Below are positions 61,428-64,000 of a stretch of 64,000 nt of DNA, piece after piece. A model generated the notes under the pieces. The model had not been told where the DNA came from, did not search any database, and was given only the letters and a program-made list of their open reading frames with translations. Source of the DNA: Candidatus Melainabacteria bacterium (GTDB lineage Bacteria; Cyanobacteriota; Vampirovibrionia; LMEP-6097); the NCBI GenBank assembly GCA_005110385.1, contig DUDT01000009.1, positions 1,660 to 65,659 of the forward strand, in the 5' to 3' direction. The stretch's first letter is position 1; every line of letters starts with the position of its first letter. The position numbers and the translations under genes are program-made.

Positions 61428-61511
61428 GGAGGCTATTAAATCATGAAGAGCGAAACTCGGGGACCCAAGCTATAGGCTTGGGGTGTAGCGAAGCATGGTT
61501 TAATAGCCTCC
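61428..61511. repeat. GC-rich long-stem element X2 (13-bp inverted repeat, 58-nt loop)
   Basis: ggaggctattaaa (61428-61440) pairs with tttaatagcctcc (61499-61511). The loop contains cggggaccc and the hairpin cccaagc-tatag-gcttggg. It is preceded by the stem agagacc/ggtctct (61347-61406). Confidence 0.7.
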
Positions 61512-61515
61512 CTAT

Positions 61516-62475
61516 TTATTTAACAAAAAGCTCCGGATCAACACTAGTCCCATAGAGATAAGTACCCCAGTGCAAATGAGGACCTGTCGAAATGCCAGTA
61601 TGACCCACCTCGCCAATCTTCTGTCCCTTCGTTACCATGTCACCTTTCTTTACGTCTATCTTACTTAAATGAAGATAGATGGAACTCAGTGCATGACCGT
61701 GGTCTATCAAAATAGTGTTGCCGTGAACTTGAAAACCATCTTTCTCTAAACCAGTTAAAGCGACCTTGCCATCAGCTGGAGCGAAGACTGGACTTCCCAT
61801 TTTACCAGCAAAGTCTAAACCTTTGTGATAGCTATCTATGGGACCTTTATTGTAAGATCGTTTCACGCCAAATGGACTTGATTTAACTGCTGTAGAAGGA
61901 TAAGAAAATTTACCCTGTGCATATTTCTCTTCTGTCTTCAATCTCAAAGCACTGCTGATTTCATTAATTTCTTTATTAGTAGCTTCTAGGGAGCTTTTAT
62001 CGGGATCTAAATAAATATACTGTATAGGCTTGCGATTATCTAAAACCTTTACTGGGATTTTTTCTTCCCAGCCTCCAGTCCTTGCAAGAATAACATAGTT
62101 ACCAGGCTTAGTTAAATTCTCGACCGGAATTAAAGCCTTGTAAGCTTTATCTCCTACTTGAAAAGCGAGAAAAGACTCTGAATTAAACCACACAAGAGGG
62201 TTTTTCTCAGCACCTATAATATCTACTTCAAAATACTGTCCCTGTTGCACAGTTGGTTTTTTAAGAGTCATAGATAGCGGTGTAGCATTTATGTTTACAG
62301 CTACTGCTTTAGGCTGTATCTGAGCAATCTCTGGTTTCACTGCTGGAGCTTGCTTAACATCGAAAGCGAAGGCATTATTGTAAAAACTTAAAACCGTTAA
62401 TATAGACAGAGAAGTGAAAAGAATAATCTTAAAAGAAAAAGTTTTCTTAATTACATAGTTTTTAGATGGCTGCAT
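61516..62475 (-). CDS. M23-family metallopeptidase
   Basis: Motifs HKGLDFAG and GHTGISTGPHLHWG, with an N-terminal signal anchor. Confidence 0.9.
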   Translation of the reverse strand: MQPSKNYVIKKTFSFKIILFTSLSILTVLSFYNNAFAFDVKQAPAVKPEIAQIQPKAVAVNINATPLSMTLKKPTVQQGQYFEVDIIGAEKNPLVWFNSESFLAFQVGDKAYKALIPVENLTKPGNYVILARTGGWEEKIPVKVLDNRKPIQYIYLDPDKSSLEATNKEINEISSALRLKTEEKYAQGKFSYPSTAVKSSPFGVKRSYNKGPIDSYHKGLDFAGKMGSPVFAPADGKVALTGLEKDGFQVHGNTILIDHGHALSSIYLHLSKIDVKKGDMVTKGQKIGEVGHTGISTGPHLHWGTYLYGTSVDPELFVK

Positions 62476-62549
62476 ATTAGTTTTTTACCACATTCAACTA
62501 AGAAAGGGAAATAATATCGCTACGCGCTCACAATGCGCAGCTACCTTTG

Positions 62550-63731
62550 TTAATCAAGAACTGATAAATCCTTATCGCCACGTCCCGAAAGATTTAATAT
62601 AAGGATCTCTTCTGGAGAGGTATTAGGCATCAATGTTTCTAAATAAGCAAAAGCATGAGCGGTTTCAAGAGCTGGAATAATACCCTCTAGTTTAGCTATG
62701 AGCCGGAAAGCCTTTAAAGCTTCGTCATCGGTAACGGCGACATAATTCACTAAATTTTCATCTTTAAAGTAAGCATGTTCTGGCCCAACTCCTGGATAAT
62801 CTAATCCAGCAGAGACACTGTGAGCTTCTTGGATCTGCCCGAATTCATCCTGCAATAAATAGCTTAAAGAACCATGTAAGACACCTGGTTTGCCTTGAAC
62901 CATAGTCGCAGAGTGCAAAGGCGTATTTATACCTTTCCCAGCAGCTTCTACACCGATTAAAGAAATTTTCTTGCCTTTAAGCTTCTCCTCAACAAAAGGA
63001 TAAAAAATACCAATCGCATTAGAACCGCCTCCCACGCAAGCTAAAACATAGTCTGGTAGGCGATTTTCTTTTTCTAGTATCTGTGCTTTCGCTTCATCGC
63101 CGATTATACGCTGGAAATTTCTAACTATAGTCGGGTAAGGATGAGGGCCTACTGCACTCCCTATAATATAATGTGTATCAGAAACATTCGTGACCCAGTA
63201 CCTAATTGCTTCAGAGGTCGCATCCTTAAGTGTCGAAGTGCCAGCTGTTACCGGAATCACTTCAGCACCAAGTAGCTTCATTCGCTTCACATTTGGTGCT
63301 TGGCGTTTTATATCCTCAGCTCCCATAAAGACTTTACACTCAAGTCCAAGCAGAGCACAAGCCGTCGCCGTTGCTACTCCGTGCTGCCCAGCACCTGTTT
63401 CTGCGATAATCTTAGTCTTACCAATCCTTTTGGCTAAAAGAGCTTGAGCGATAGCATTATTAATCTTATGTGCTCCAGTATGGTTTAAATCTTCTCGCTT
63501 TAAATAGATTTTTGCCTTCCCGTAGTAGTGAGTTAATCTAGCTGCAAAATACAGTGGTGTAGCCCTACCTACATAATCAGTTAAATAAAAGCTAAGCTCA
63601 GATTTGAATTCGTCAGCATCAGCATACTTTAAGAAAGTTGCCTCAAATTCCTCCAAAGCTGGCATTAAAGTCTCTGGAACGAACTGTCCCCCAAATTTGC
63701 CAAAGTATTTAGGTAATTGAGTTGTCATCAT
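62550..63731 (-). CDS. trpB: Tryptophan synthase beta chain
   Basis: Motifs [22 protein letters not shown] and GGGSNAIG. Confidence 0.95.
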   Translation of the reverse strand: MMTTQLPKYFGKFGGQFVPETLMPALEEFEATFLKYADADEFKSELSFYLTDYVGRATPLYFAARLTHYYGKAKIYLKREDLNHTGAHKINNAIAQALLAKRIGKTKIIAETGAGQHGVATATACALLGLECKVFMGAEDIKRQAPNVKRMKLLGAEVIPVTAGTSTLKDATSEAIRYWVTNVSDTHYIIGSAVGPHPYPTIVRNFQRIIGDEAKAQILEKENRLPDYVLACVGGGSNAIGIFYPFVEEKLKGKKISLIGVEAAGKGINTPLHSATMVQGKPGVLHGSLSYLLQDEFGQIQEAHSVSAGLDYPGVGPEHAYFKDENLVNYVAVTDDEALKAFRLIAKLEGIIPALETAHAFAYLETLMPNTSPEEILILNLSGRGDKDLSVLD

Positions 63732-63763
63732 AAATTTTATGAAAAGAAAAATCCTGAGATAAT

Positions 63764-64000
<237 letters not shown>

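Noticed and set aside
61421-61511. X2 as an integron attC site (actcaac fits RYYYAAC just before the stem)
   Set aside because: There is no complementary GTTRRRY core at the other end, no intI gene and no cassette array. X1 lacks the motif.

Overview
This is an AT-rich, densely coding bacterial chromosomal segment. All calls come from reading the sequence and recognising motifs; no searches were run. Most genes are housekeeping: nadE, lysA, cdaA, cimA/leuA-family, coaD, rpsA, ftsW-murD, purH, prfB (with its +1 frameshift), trmFO, rnhB, trpB, lysS, class A PBP, rodA, ndhB/nuoN, and methionine-salvage mtnA/mtnB/mtnD. There is also a flagellar rod/export cluster (flgB-flgC-fliE-fliF-fliH-fliI, with no fliG), one tRNA-Gly(GCC), a secretin gene, and a GAF-PP2C-kinase/STAS partner-switching pair. 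The gene content (NDH-1 subunit, OmpR/RpaB-like regulator, IcfG-like phosphatase, futalosine-type MqnA, flagella, low G+C) suggests a non-photosynthetic relative of cyanobacteria (Melainabacteria-like), but this is a low-confidence inference. Five observations stand out. (1) A roughly 31-nt dispersed repeat (AAACGCAGAAnTnGGAGTTCGGCAATAGTGCC) occurs at least 13 times. Six copies sit exactly at gene boundaries. At least seven lie inside unrelated ORFs, always in the frame that reads N-A-E-I/F-E-x-R/H-E-Q. (2) A two-gene accessory island (AAA+ DUF4143-type ATPase plus a 596-aa orphan with a PD-(D/E)xK-like motif) is bracketed by inverted copies of that repeat. (3) A second islet carries a fused ABC-ATPase/Toprim (OLD- or PARIS-like) gene, an orphan MNT nucleotidyltransferase and a BrnT/BrnA pair whose toxin has a stop at codon 2. 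This islet is bracketed by two GC-rich long-stem elements that share a covarying inner hairpin. (4) A tandem triplicated cassette combines a structured leader with small hydrophobic-N-terminus peptide genes, next to a 666-aa orphan. (5) A XerD-like protein has degenerate catalytic residues. No CRISPR array, rRNA gene or intact transposase was seen.
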